From NCBI RefSeq assembly GCF_000253055.1, contig NC_016070.1:1470001-1502000 (forward strand): a stretch of 32,000 nt of DNA. The letters run 5' to 3'. Every line of letters begins with the position of its first letter. Position 1 is the first letter of the stretch. Made by a program: the position numbers and the translations under genes. Source of the DNA: Thermoproteus tenax Kra 1 (GTDB lineage: Archaea; Thermoproteota; Thermoprotei; Thermoproteales; Thermoproteaceae). The notes below the pieces were generated by a model. That model saw only the letters and a list, made by a program, of their open reading frames with translations, did no database searches and was not told the origin of the DNA. This document shows, in pieces, positions 24,517-31,594 of this stretch.

Positions 24517-24521
24517 TTCTT

Positions 24522-25055
24522 TCACCTATATCGGCCGAACGCTACATAGTATGCCCCAACCAGGATCGCGAAGAAGATAAACCTGACGAGCCACAGCCCC
24601 ACGCCCGCGGAGCTCTGGGGTCTCACAAGCAGCGGAAAAACGCCTATATATGGTATTGTTACGACGACCTCTCCCACTAAGTTGTTCAAAGTCACAGGAG
24701 GCTCGCCGTAGGCTTGGTCGGAGATAGGATTTGTCAACATATTATCGCCCTTTGTCGTGATCTGACACCCAGGATCGACTGCGATGACTCTGTGTATGAT
24801 CCACTCGCCTGGAGGGAAGGGTAGGCTTGCAATATAGACGACGATATCGCCGACGTGTATCTGCGAGCAAGTCTGCACGCCAGTTAAGATCACGAAGTCC
24901 CCAACCCTCAATGTGGGCAACATAGACCATGATGAAACTACTGCAAAGGGCCATGAGACATGGATGACGTATCGGGCAACAAGGAAGATGAGGAAGATCA
25001 ATACGGCGAAGACGAGCAGATCCGTAGTCCATCTATCGCCCATGACCCTCCACAT
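24522..25055 (-). CDS. Signal peptidase I (archaeal Sec11/S26B type)
   Basis: 177 aa with an N-terminal TM anchor, Ser box SWSMLPTLRVGDFVIL, His box WIIHRVIAV and TKGDNMLTNPISD. Confidence 0.85.
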   Translation of the reverse strand: MWRVMGDRWTTDLLVFAVLIFLIFLVARYVIHVSWPFAVVSSWSMLPTLRVGDFVILTGVQTCSQIHVGDIVVYIASLPFPPGEWIIHRVIAVDPGCQITTKGDNMLTNPISDQAYGEPPVTLNNLVGEVVVTIPYIGVFPLLVRPQSSAGVGLWLVRFIFFAILVGAYYVAFGRYR

Positions 25056-25086
25056 TTTGAGGACAAAATAAGTTTGCGGAGAAAGA

Positions 25087-25095
25087 TTTTTATAG
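25087..25095 (+). promoter_or_regulatory. TATA-like box of the thermosome gene
   Basis: TTTTATAGA is centred ~24 nt upstream of ATG 25115, the same spacing as at other starts in this window. Confidence 0.5.
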
Positions 25096-25114
25096 ACGCA
25101 AATTATGTCAAGCT

Positions 25115-26761
25115 ATGGCTCAAGCACCCAGGAGCGGGGTTCCAGTAATGATACTCAAGGAGGGCTCCCAGAGGACTACAGGCGAGGACGCTCGTCGTAG
25201 CAATATACAAGCTGCCAAGGTCATCTCGGAGATACTGTCGACATCGCTAGGCCCCAGAGGCATGGACAAAATGCTTATAGACGCCTTCGGCGACGTCACT
25301 ATAACTGGCGATGGCGCTGCGATATTAAAGGAGATGGAGATACAACATCCCGCTGCTAAGTTGCTCATCGAGGTCGCCAAGGCGCAAGACGCGGAGGTCG
25401 GTGACGGAACTACCACTGTCGTAGTTCTTGCAGGTAAGCTCCTTACGGCGGCTGAGGAGCTGTTGGAGGAGGGAATACACCCCACGATTATAATTGATGG
25501 CTTTAAGAAGGCGGCCGACTATGCGGCCAAGGTCGCTGAGGAGATCGCCAGGCCTATACAGTTAACGAAGGATGATATGGTCAAGGTTGTAGTAAACTCG
25601 CTGAGCAGCAAAATAGTATCTGAGGCCAAGGATTATCTCGCACAAATCACTGTCGATGCAGCCTTCCAAGCGGTGGAGCAGAGGAATGGGACTCCCTATC
25701 TGGATCTCGACTGGATTAAGATCGAGAAGAAGAAAGGGAAGTCGCTCTACGAGACTCAGTTAGTCCAGGGGATTGTACTCGACAAGGAGGTTGTGCACCC
25801 CGGCATGCCTAAGCGTGTTGAGAACGCCAAGATAGCCATACTCGACGCGCCACTAGAGATAGAGAAGCCTGAGTGGACCACTAAAATAAGCGTGAACAGC
25901 CCAGAGCAGATAAAGGCGTTCCTAGACCAGGAGGCCGATATACTCAAGAAATACGTGGATCACTTAGCCGAGATAGGCGCAAACGTAGTGATAACTCAGA
26001 AGGGTATTGACGAAGTGGCTCAACACTTCTTGGCGAAGAGAGGTATAATGGCCGTCAGGCGCGTCAAGAGGAGCGACATAGAGAAGTTGGCCAGAGCTAC
26101 CGGCGCCCGCATAATAACTAGCATCAAGGACGCCAAGTCTGAGGACTTGGGGAGCGCCGGATTAGTAGAGGAGAGGAAAGTCGGTGAGGAGAAAATGGTA
26201 TTCGTCGAAAAAGTACAGAATCCGAAGGCTGTGACAATCTTAGTGCGCGGCGGCAGCGATAGAGTGCTCGACGAGGTTGAGCGCTCTATGCAAGACGCCC
26301 TACATGTAGCCAGAGATCTGTTTAGATTGCCGAAGATAGTGCCCGGAGGCGGCGCGTTTGAAGCCGAGCTAGCGAGACGCGTCCGCGAATTCGCCAGAAA
26401 GATGCCGGGCAAAGAGCAGCTGGCCGCGCTCAAATTCGCCGACGCCCTGGAGAGTATACCAGTTATATTGTCTCTGACGGCCGGCCTAGACCCCGTAGAC
26501 GCCATAGCGGAGCTGAGGCGTCGCCACGATAACGGAGAGATCACAGCTGGCGTTGACGTATTAAGCGGAAAGATCGCCGATATGGCCGCCCTTAACGTCT
26601 GGGATCCGTTGATAGTTAAACAGAACGTCATAAGGAGCGCCACAGAGGCGGCAATAATGGTTCTCCGCATAGACGATATAATCGCGGCCGGCGCGCCGAA
26701 GAAGGAGGAAAAGAAGGGAGAGAAGAAGGAGGGCGAGGAGGGCGAGAGCAAATCAGACTAA
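25115..26761 (+). CDS. ths: Thermosome subunit (group II chaperonin)
   Basis: 548 aa with [52 protein letters not shown] and a K/E-rich C-terminal tail. Confidence 0.97.
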   Translation: MAQAPRSGVPVMILKEGSQRTTGEDARRSNIQAAKVISEILSTSLGPRGMDKMLIDAFGDVTITGDGAAILKEMEIQHPAAKLLIEVAKAQDAEVGDGTTTVVVLAGKLLTAAEELLEEGIHPTIIIDGFKKAADYAAKVAEEIARPIQLTKDDMVKVVVNSLSSKIVSEAKDYLAQITVDAAFQAVEQRNGTPYLDLDWIKIEKKKGKSLYETQLVQGIVLDKEVVHPGMPKRVENAKIAILDAPLEIEKPEWTTKISVNSPEQIKAFLDQEADILKKYVDHLAEIGANVVITQKGIDEVAQHFLAKRGIMAVRRVKRSDIEKLARATGARIITSIKDAKSEDLGSAGLVEERKVGEEKMVFVEKVQNPKAVTILVRGGSDRVLDEVERSMQDALHVARDLFRLPKIVPGGGAFEAELARRVREFARKMPGKEQLAALKFADALESIPVILSLTAGLDPVDAIAELRRRHDNGEITAGVDVLSGKIADMAALNVWDPLIVKQNVIRSATEAAIMVLRIDDIIAAGAPKKEEKKGEKKEGEEGESKSD

Positions 26762-26792
26762 GATTTTTTAAAATCATCTTTTCCGTGAGCCA

Positions 26793-27131
26793 ATGGAGAC
26801 TAGACTTTCTACCCCAGAGCTCGTAGAGAGAATCGAAAAACTGGTGCAAGCGTTGAGATCATCGCTTCAAGATAGAACTCTATACCCTCCGAGGCTGACG
26901 CGCTTTGAGGTGGCCAGAGTAATAGCGGCGCGCGCAATACAGCTGTCTATGGGCGCAGAGCCCCTCATAGATATCAGCACGTTGCAGATCAAGGACCCTG
27001 TAATAATAGCAATTGAAGAATTTAAACAGGGCAAGCTAAATTTCTCTATTGTTAGAGAGCTTCCTGATGGAAAAACAATAAAATTACAATTGAAAAATTT
27101 ATTAGAATTTGAAAAACTTATTCAGGCTTAA
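26793..27131 (+). CDS. rpoK: DNA-directed RNA polymerase subunit K (Rpo6)
   Basis: It carries LTRFEVARVIAARAIQLSMGAEPLIDI, the Rpo6/RpoK/omega-like core. At 112 aa it is longer than usual because of an AT-rich C-terminal extension (about 27035-27131). Confidence 0.85.
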   Translation: METRLSTPELVERIEKLVQALRSSLQDRTLYPPRLTRFEVARVIAARAIQLSMGAEPLIDISTLQIKDPVIIAIEEFKQGKLNFSIVRELPDGKTIKLQLKNLLEFEKLIQA

Positions 27132-27297
27132 TAATAACTAAATCTTTGCCTATATATAGAAAGGTATGACCGCCAGCCTTTATAGTTTTATCCGTCTTAA
27201 TCCAACTTAGATCGCCCTTCATCACGTATACTATCAACATCTCTCCGACCCTATATGCATAGTAGTTTATACCTCTCTTCTGCAGCTCTTCCAACAC
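27118..27297 (-). CDS. Candidate small protein (59 aa; below the ORF-track cutoff)
   Basis: My translation is (GTG)MLEELQKRGINYYAYRVGEMLIVYVMKGDLSWIKTDKTIKAGGHTFLYIGKDLVIIKPE*. The composition is protein-like. An A/T box (reverse strand CATATTTATG, about 27316-27325) lies ~23 nt upstream of the GTG. The stop overlaps the rpoK 3' end by 14 nt. I recognise no homology. Confidence 0.4.
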   Translation of the reverse strand: MLEELQKRGINYYAYRVGEMLIVYVMKGDLSWIKTDKTIKAGGHTFLYIGKDLVIIKPE

Positions 27298-27350
27298 GAG
27301 TGTGTGATGCCCCGCATAAATATGTTTTGAATGTTATACAGGAGACAGAA

Positions 27351-27453
27351 TGCGGGGGGTGGGATTTGAACCCACGCAGGCCTACGCCACAGGGACCTCT
27401 GGGCCGGCTGAGCCGACAACCCTGCCCCTTTGACCTGGCTCGGGCACCCCCGC
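27351..27453 (-). tRNA. tRNA-Leu, predicted anticodon GAG, with an 18-nt non-canonical intron inside the anticodon loop
   Basis: Reverse strand reads GCGGGGGTGCCCGAGCCAGGTCAAAGGGGCAGGGTTG[TCGGCTCAGCCGGCCCAG]AGGTCCCTGTGGCGTAGGCCTGCGTGGGTTCAAATCCCACCCCCCGCA. The acceptor stem is a perfect 7 bp with A73. There is a long variable arm (GGC-GTAG-GCC) and a T arm GTGGG-TTCAAAT-CCCAC. The anticodon stem is CAGGG/CCCTG. Only splicing that yields the loop TT-NAG-GT gives a Leu anticodon with G37. Confidence 0.85.
27399..27416 (-). other. Predicted intron of tRNA-Leu(GAG), between positions 34 and 35
   Basis: A BHB-like fold can be drawn: GGGT (positions 29-32) pairs with intron GCCC; the 5' bulge is T33-G34-T; a 4-bp hairpin CGGC-TCA-GCCG follows; the 3' bulge is A-G-A35. 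Cleavage after the second nucleotide of each bulge gives exon junction G34|A35. The outer helix is imperfect (relaxed motif). Confidence 0.55.
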
Positions 27454-27478
27454 TCGATAACCTATAATGTGCCGGTTT

Positions 27479-28207
27479 TTAAGGCTTTACGACGTTTCTT
27501 ATCGAGCGCACAATCTCTCTCAACTTCTCGGGCTCCTCTTCGGCAATAGTACCCGTCACTATGACGTTTGGTCTCTCTCTGGCGATCTGTTCGGCTATAG
27601 CGCCAGATCTTATGCCGCCTCCAACTATTAAGACGCGGTCTAGGTACTTCCTCACGGCTCTAACCATCGGTATCGGTACAGGCTCCGGCGCGCCGCTGCC
27701 TGCCTCCAGATAGACTGCATTGAATCCCATATATCTAGCGGCTAGGGCATAGGCGACGGCTATCTCCGGCCTCTTGAGCGGCAACGGCCTGGCCATACTC
27801 AGATACCCGGCGGCGCCTCCATCGCCGACCAAAATATAGGCAGTAGATATGACCTCCAAGTTGGGATAGTGCTTGGCCAGAATCACGGCGCCTTGTAGTT
27901 GGGCCCCCACGATAAAGTAAGGATCTTGTGAGTTCAATACACTGAGGAAGAGAATTGCATCGGCCCTCTGAGTTATTTGACAGATAGTGCCAGGAAACAA
28001 CACTATGGGCACATGGGAGATCAACTTCAGTTCCTTAACCACATCGTCAAGCTCGCCCGAGGGTATACCTAAAGACCCTCCTACCAGAATACCGTCTGTG
28101 CCCGCCTCTAGGGCGATCTTGGCTATCTTGATGTAGTCAACGGATTTATCGGGATCTATCAGAGTGAAGTGTTTAACACCTTCGGACAGATACTCAAGGA
28201 CCCTCAT
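27479..28207 (-). CDS. Geranylgeranylglyceryl phosphate synthase (GGGPS, PcrB family)
   Basis: 242 aa with N-terminal [20 protein letters not shown], and C-terminal [10 protein letters not shown] phosphate-binding motifs on a TIM-barrel pattern. The start overlaps the elf1 3' end by 14 nt. Confidence 0.92.
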   Translation of the reverse strand: MRVLEYLSEGVKHFTLIDPDKSVDYIKIAKIALEAGTDGILVGGSLGIPSGELDDVVKELKLISHVPIVLFPGTICQITQRADAILFLSVLNSQDPYFIVGAQLQGAVILAKHYPNLEVISTAYILVGDGGAAGYLSMARPLPLKRPEIAVAYALAARYMGFNAVYLEAGSGAPEPVPIPMVRAVRKYLDRVLIVGGGIRSGAIAEQIARERPNVIVTGTIAEEEPEKLREIVRSIRNVVKP

Positions 28208-28487
28208 TTCCGCTCCCCTCGGCTCCCTCCTCAGACCTCTGATCAGGCGGCCTTATCTTACCTTCCAGGAAGTGATCCACAAAAACATTATAGTAGTCCA
28301 CAGCAGTCCAACGAGGATGTTCCTCGAACTCCTCGTAGAGACCGCAACTTCCACAAATTACTATATATTTATCGTCTCTCCTTTTGACATTTACGCTCTG
28401 GGATCCACAGTTGGGGCATACGAAGATCTTAGGTATGGCCCTCCTCGGCCTCGCAATGATCTTCCTCCTTTTTCTCCTGCCTCCCAC
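28194..28487 (-). CDS. elf1: Transcription elongation factor Elf1 homologue (zinc ribbon)
   Basis: 97 aa with a GTG start. It has a basic N-terminus ([16 protein letters not shown]), the zinc ribbon [28 protein letters not shown], then [17 protein letters not shown]. This parallels the yeast Elf1 layout (F.C.FC...sV.....G.l.C..CG ... PVDVYSDWFD). An A/T box (reverse strand GTTTTATAGAGG, 28504-28514) lies ~22 nt upstream. Confidence 0.8.
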   Translation of the reverse strand: MGGRRKRRKIIARPRRAIPKIFVCPNCGSQSVNVKRRDDKYIVICGSCGLYEEFEEHPRWTAVDYYNVFVDHFLEGKIRPPDQRSEEGAEGSGNEGP

Positions 28488-28722
28488 GACGGTGTGTGCG
28501 GGCCTCTATAAAACATTTATCTATTATTTGGTCAGCCAAAGCGCCACCGGCCACCGAGGCCTGTAACCCTGACTACATCACCGTTATAAAGGATACAATG
28601 TATATTTTAATGTTGGTGAAGAGGAGCGACGCCCCGAGAGGTGAGGAGTAGGAGGTGAGCGCGGATCTTGCCGTAGGCCATCAGGGGCTTAAAGAAATAT
28701 TAATGACGTCATCTTAGTCCCG

Positions 28723-29514
28723 GTGCTCGGCAGGCTTGAGTCCATAGTCTCAAAGGCATCGTGGCTGCTGTGGACTGAGTTCTCCAACGGAGAGGGTAGC
28801 GAGATAGTCGGAAGACACGGCGATGACGTATCTAGGGCTATCGACGTGAAAATAGAGCGGTATATATACGAGGCGCTGAAGAGCTCGTTCAGCGGCGGGA
28901 TCCTCATAGCGGAGGAGGGCGGCGTTTACACTTGGGGGGATCAAAGGCACGTCTTCGTCCTGGACCCCCTTGACGGCTCCCTCAATTATGCATTGGGCAT
29001 ACCTGTGTTCACTATATCTCTAGCGGCAGGCATATATAAGAACGGAGATCTCTCAGACCTGCAGTACGCCGTTTTGGCGGTTCCGTCCAAGGGCGAGATC
29101 TACAGCGTAGGCCCTGGCATACCTCCAGCCAGGAATGGCCGCCCCGTGGCGAGACGGCCTGAGGCCAACAAGGTTGTGTTCTTCGCCGTCAGCGACTCGG
29201 TACCGCAGGAGGCTCTAAAGAGGATAACATCCAAGGGGTTCAAAATCAGAACCCTCGGCTGTTCAAGCTACGAGCTGTTGCTCACCGCTCTGGGCTACTC
29301 GTCAGGCTTCGTGGATCTGAGGGGAAAGCTTAGAGCCCTTGACATAGTCTCCTCCCTCTTAATAGGCAGAGCGCTGGGGCTGAACTATGTGCTACTAGGA
29401 GATTACTCACTGAAGTCGGAGGGAATCTCTTTATTGGCTGGCCCCACAGAGCTCATAAATGAGCTCAAGAACTTTGGAGGAGGAAACAAAGGAGTTTCTA
29501 TTGCGTCTATCTGA
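28723..29514 (+). CDS. suhB: Inositol monophosphatase family protein (archaeal IMPase/FBPase type)
   Basis: 263 aa with a GTG start. Motifs are ILIAEEGG and VFVLDPLDGSLNYALGIPVFTISLA (the DPxDG(T/S)xN metal site). An A/T box AAATATTAAT at 28695-28704 lies ~23 nt upstream. An in-frame TAA at 28690 forbids a longer N-terminus. Confidence 0.9.
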   Translation: MLGRLESIVSKASWLLWTEFSNGEGSEIVGRHGDDVSRAIDVKIERYIYEALKSSFSGGILIAEEGGVYTWGDQRHVFVLDPLDGSLNYALGIPVFTISLAAGIYKNGDLSDLQYAVLAVPSKGEIYSVGPGIPPARNGRPVARRPEANKVVFFAVSDSVPQEALKRITSKGFKIRTLGCSSYELLLTALGYSSGFVDLRGKLRALDIVSSLLIGRALGLNYVLLGDYSLKSEGISLLAGPTELINELKNFGGGNKGVSIASI

Positions 29515-29878
29515 CATTCTGAACGTCCGTATATCTAAAGTCCTCGATTTCTATTTCTCAGTGAGGCCGGCTAAGGCCAGAATCTTGGAGTTGGTGGAGG
29601 AGGGCGGAAAAATAGTGGGCATCAGAATGGCGGTGCAGTCCAACACGAGGAGAGATCTGTGGCACTACGTGATGGTAGGCCGTTACGGAGCAAAGTGCAC
29701 GTGCGAGGCCAATACGATCAGAGGCCAGATATGCAGACACATCATAATAGCGTTGATAACCTGGAACATGGTATCACTGATAAAGACGGGCAAAGGTGTG
29801 GAGCTAGAGAGCCTGAGCTGGCTCAGGGGCACTAGAAGAGTCGAGAGCTCGGAAGAGAATGCGGGGGGTGGGATTTGA
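29459..29878 (+). CDS. SWIM zinc-finger protein (start uncertain)
   Basis: It contains WHYVMVGRYGAKCTCEANTIRGQICRHIIIAL, i.e. the CxC-x9-CxH SWIM signature. The track start overlaps suhB by 56 nt, so TTG 29501 or a later start is more likely. The last 19 nt overlap the 3' end of the antisense tRNA-Leu gene. Confidence 0.65.
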   Translation: MSSRTLEEETKEFLLRLSDILNVRISKVLDFYFSVRPAKARILELVEEGGKIVGIRMAVQSNTRRDLWHYVMVGRYGAKCTCEANTIRGQICRHIIIALITWNMVSLIKTGKGVELESLSWLRGTRRVESSEENAGGGI

Positions 29879-29962
29879 ACCCACGCAGGCCTACGCCACA
29901 GGGACCTCTGGGCCAGCATCGCTGTGAACCCTGCCCCTTTGACCTGGCTCGGGCACCCCCGC
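29860..29962 (-). tRNA. tRNA-Leu, predicted anticodon CAG, with an 18-nt non-canonical intron inside the anticodon loop
   Basis: Reverse strand is identical to the 27351-27453 gene except for GGGTTC[ACAGCGATGCTGGCCCAG]AGGT. Position 34 is C instead of G, and the intron hairpin is CAGC-GAT-GCTG instead of CGGC-TCA-GCCG. All other 84 exon positions are identical. Confidence 0.85.
29908..29925 (-). other. Predicted intron of tRNA-Leu(CAG), between positions 34 and 35
   Basis: Same BHB-like geometry as the paralogue: GGGT/GCCC helix, bulges T-C-A and A-G-A, and hairpin CAGC-GAT-GCTG. Confidence 0.55.
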
Positions 29963-29985
29963 GTCTCTGATATAAACTGCTCAGT

Positions 29986-30438
29986 TTAAAATTTTTCAGC
30001 CCCTTGTTCGATCAGCTCCAACTTAATTGTTCTAAGCTTTTCAACGACCTCGTGTATGTATCTGTCGACGCGTGAAGGATCAATGCCCTTCCGGCTCAGC
30101 TCCCTTTTTACAACCTCGATGACTACATCATATTTTTTATACTGCTCATTCAGTCGGCGCCAAGGTATTCCCCTTAAGGCATCCTTGAGTTCGTTATCTA
30201 CGGGCAAGGCGCCCTTGAGCATCATAAAGGCAACGATGGGATAGCCTATATAACCTCTATATTTCGTGCCGTTATCGTCACTATAGGCCAGACCGCGAGC
30301 TAAATCCAGATAGACTCTGTAGGTTCTTTGTCCGTCGGATGATATCACCTCAGCCTCTTTATCGTCCAACGCCTTTATCCTACCGTCTGCTATTGCCGAG
30401 AGGGCCTCTAAGATCTTGATACGCGGCGGCAACCGCAT
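29986..30438 (-). CDS. Hypothetical protein, possibly a Cys-less SWIM-like fold
   Basis: I use ATG 30438 (150 aa: MRLPPRIKILEALSAIADGRIKALDDKEAEVISSDGQRTYRVYLDLARGLAYSDDNGTKYRGYIGYPIVAFMMLKG...). The 121 upstream codons of the track ORF are antisense to the TatD-like gene start and its promoter and look non-protein-like. Confidence 0.55.
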   Translation of the reverse strand: MRLPPRIKILEALSAIADGRIKALDDKEAEVISSDGQRTYRVYLDLARGLAYSDDNGTKYRGYIGYPIVAFMMLKGALPVDNELKDALRGIPWRRLNEQYKKYDVVIEVVKRELSRKGIDPSRVDRYIHEVVEKLRTIKLELIEQGAEKF

Positions 30439-30626
30439 CAGATCCTGAGTAGATTCAAGGCGATCACTATGCTCATTACGACCAACGAGACGATGACTAC
30501 GACCTTGGGGCTCAGCTTTATCTTCTCTATTTCGCCCTCTCTGCTGAAGTTGAGAAGGCCGGCCGCCGTGAATAAGTTCAAGTCGCGCGCCCTCCTTCTC
30601 CTCGCCATGGATGCTAATAATCAGCA

Positions 30627-30634
30627 ATATAAAA
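30627..30634 (+). promoter_or_regulatory. TATA-like box of the TatD-like gene
   Basis: ATATAAAA is centred ~23 nt upstream of GTG 30653. Confidence 0.5.
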
Positions 30635-30652
30635 GCATGATCTCTCCTCCCC

Positions 30653-31498
30653 GTGAGGATCTTCGATAACCACGCACACGCAAACGAGTTTACGGGCATC
30701 GGCGCCGAGGAGGTAGTCAAAAGGTTCAAACGGGCGGGGGGCACCGGCATTATCTTCGTCTCGCTCCTGACCTGGTCTATAGGCGGATCGCCGGGCGACA
30801 AAGACTGGGTTGTAAGGATCTACGAGCACACTGTGAGGAATGCCCAGATAGCGCGCTCCCAGGGCCTTATATCTGGCGCCATCGTCGGCATCCATCCGGC
30901 TGAGTGCGCAAGCTTGGTGGAGCATGGATGGAGCGAGGAGGACGTAGAGGAGTTCATGAGGTGGACAATAGATCTGGCTGCGCGTTACGTAAGCGAGGGA
31001 AAGGCGGTGGGATTCGGCGAATACGGTAGACCTCACTGGGACGCAACGACAGGGATAGTGAGCCTCTGCAACAGAGTATTAGAGTATGCGCTTGAGAGAG
31101 CCAAAGATGTGGACGCCGCAGTCCACCTACATCTTGAAAGAAGAGGGGAACAGACTGTCATGAGCGTAGCCGAGATTGCTAGAAGGGCGGGCTCCCGTGC
31201 CCATTCTGTGGTAATGCACCACATAGAGCCCGGCGTAGCCAAGTTGGCTTGGGAGAAGGGGCTCATGCCCTCAATACCTATAGGCCGCAGAGGCGAATTG
31301 GAGTCGGCGTTGAGGATGGAGCCGATATATGTCGTAGAAAGCGACTATATAGATGACAATAAAAGGCCAGGCGCCGTTATACCTCCCTGGAGCTTGGCGA
31401 ACAAGCTTAGAAACGCTGTATATAGAGGCATTGTAACTGAGACATATATAGATACCCTCTTTGACAATGCAATAAAGATATACAGATTGCTCCAGTGA
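30653..31498 (+). CDS. TatD-related metal-dependent hydrolase (TIM-barrel amidohydrolase superfamily, COG1099-like)
   Basis: 281 aa with a GTG start. It has N-terminal IFDNHAH (HxH metal site), later GFGEYGRPHW, AVHLHLE, VVMHH and VVESDY, consistent with TatD-type metal ligand spacing. Confidence 0.82.
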   Translation: MRIFDNHAHANEFTGIGAEEVVKRFKRAGGTGIIFVSLLTWSIGGSPGDKDWVVRIYEHTVRNAQIARSQGLISGAIVGIHPAECASLVEHGWSEEDVEEFMRWTIDLAARYVSEGKAVGFGEYGRPHWDATTGIVSLCNRVLEYALERAKDVDAAVHLHLERRGEQTVMSVAEIARRAGSRAHSVVMHHIEPGVAKLAWEKGLMPSIPIGRRGELESALRMEPIYVVESDYIDDNKRPGAVIPPWSLANKLRNAVYRGIVTETYIDTLFDNAIKIYRLLQ

Positions 31499-31594
31499 GC
31501 TGCGCAAGACCCCCTATTGCTGTTCTACATCTGCAAGGGACAAGACAGCTGTGCAGGCTAGGGCTAAAAATTAGGGCTCGGTTTATGCAAAGAG

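Noticed and set aside
24492-24680. 62-aa forward-strand ORF, and similarly the 27255-27467 70-aa ORF.
   Set aside because: Both are built from tRNA gene sequence plus antisense or spacer DNA, so they are not credible CDSs.
26165-26185. GAGGAAAGTCGG, resembling the RNase P RNA CR-I motif.
   Set aside because: It lies in frame inside the thermosome CDS (…EERKVGEEK…) with no surrounding RNase P-like structure, so this is coincidence.
26020-26751. 243-aa reverse-strand ORF (plus 25120-25485 and 25756-25947) inside the thermosome gene.
   Set aside because: It is antisense to a strongly supported CDS. Its S/A/L/R-rich, low-complexity composition is typical of shadow ORFs.
27298-27350. Forward-strand GTGATGC-12-TGTT-TTGAATG-12-CAGA arrangement with C/D-sRNA-like spacing.
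   Set aside because: All four boxes are degenerate (no CUGA, no UGAUGA). The segment doubles as the promoter/5' region of the reverse-strand small ORF, so this is probably coincidence.
27351-29962. Direct repeat of two ~103-nt tRNA-Leu genes bracketing 2.4 kb, considered as att sites of an integrated element.
   Set aside because: The enclosed genes are core housekeeping (GGGPS, Elf1, IMPase). There is no integrase or viral-like ORF. The repeats are complete functional tRNA genes differing at the wobble base, so this is an isoacceptor duplication rather than an integration scar.
30439-30801. N-terminal 121 codons of track ORF 29986-30801.
   Set aside because: This part is antisense to the start of the TatD-like gene and crosses its TATA-like box. 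The sequence (…RGRNREDKAEPQGRSHRLVGRNEH…) is not protein-like, so the gene is shortened to ATG 30438.
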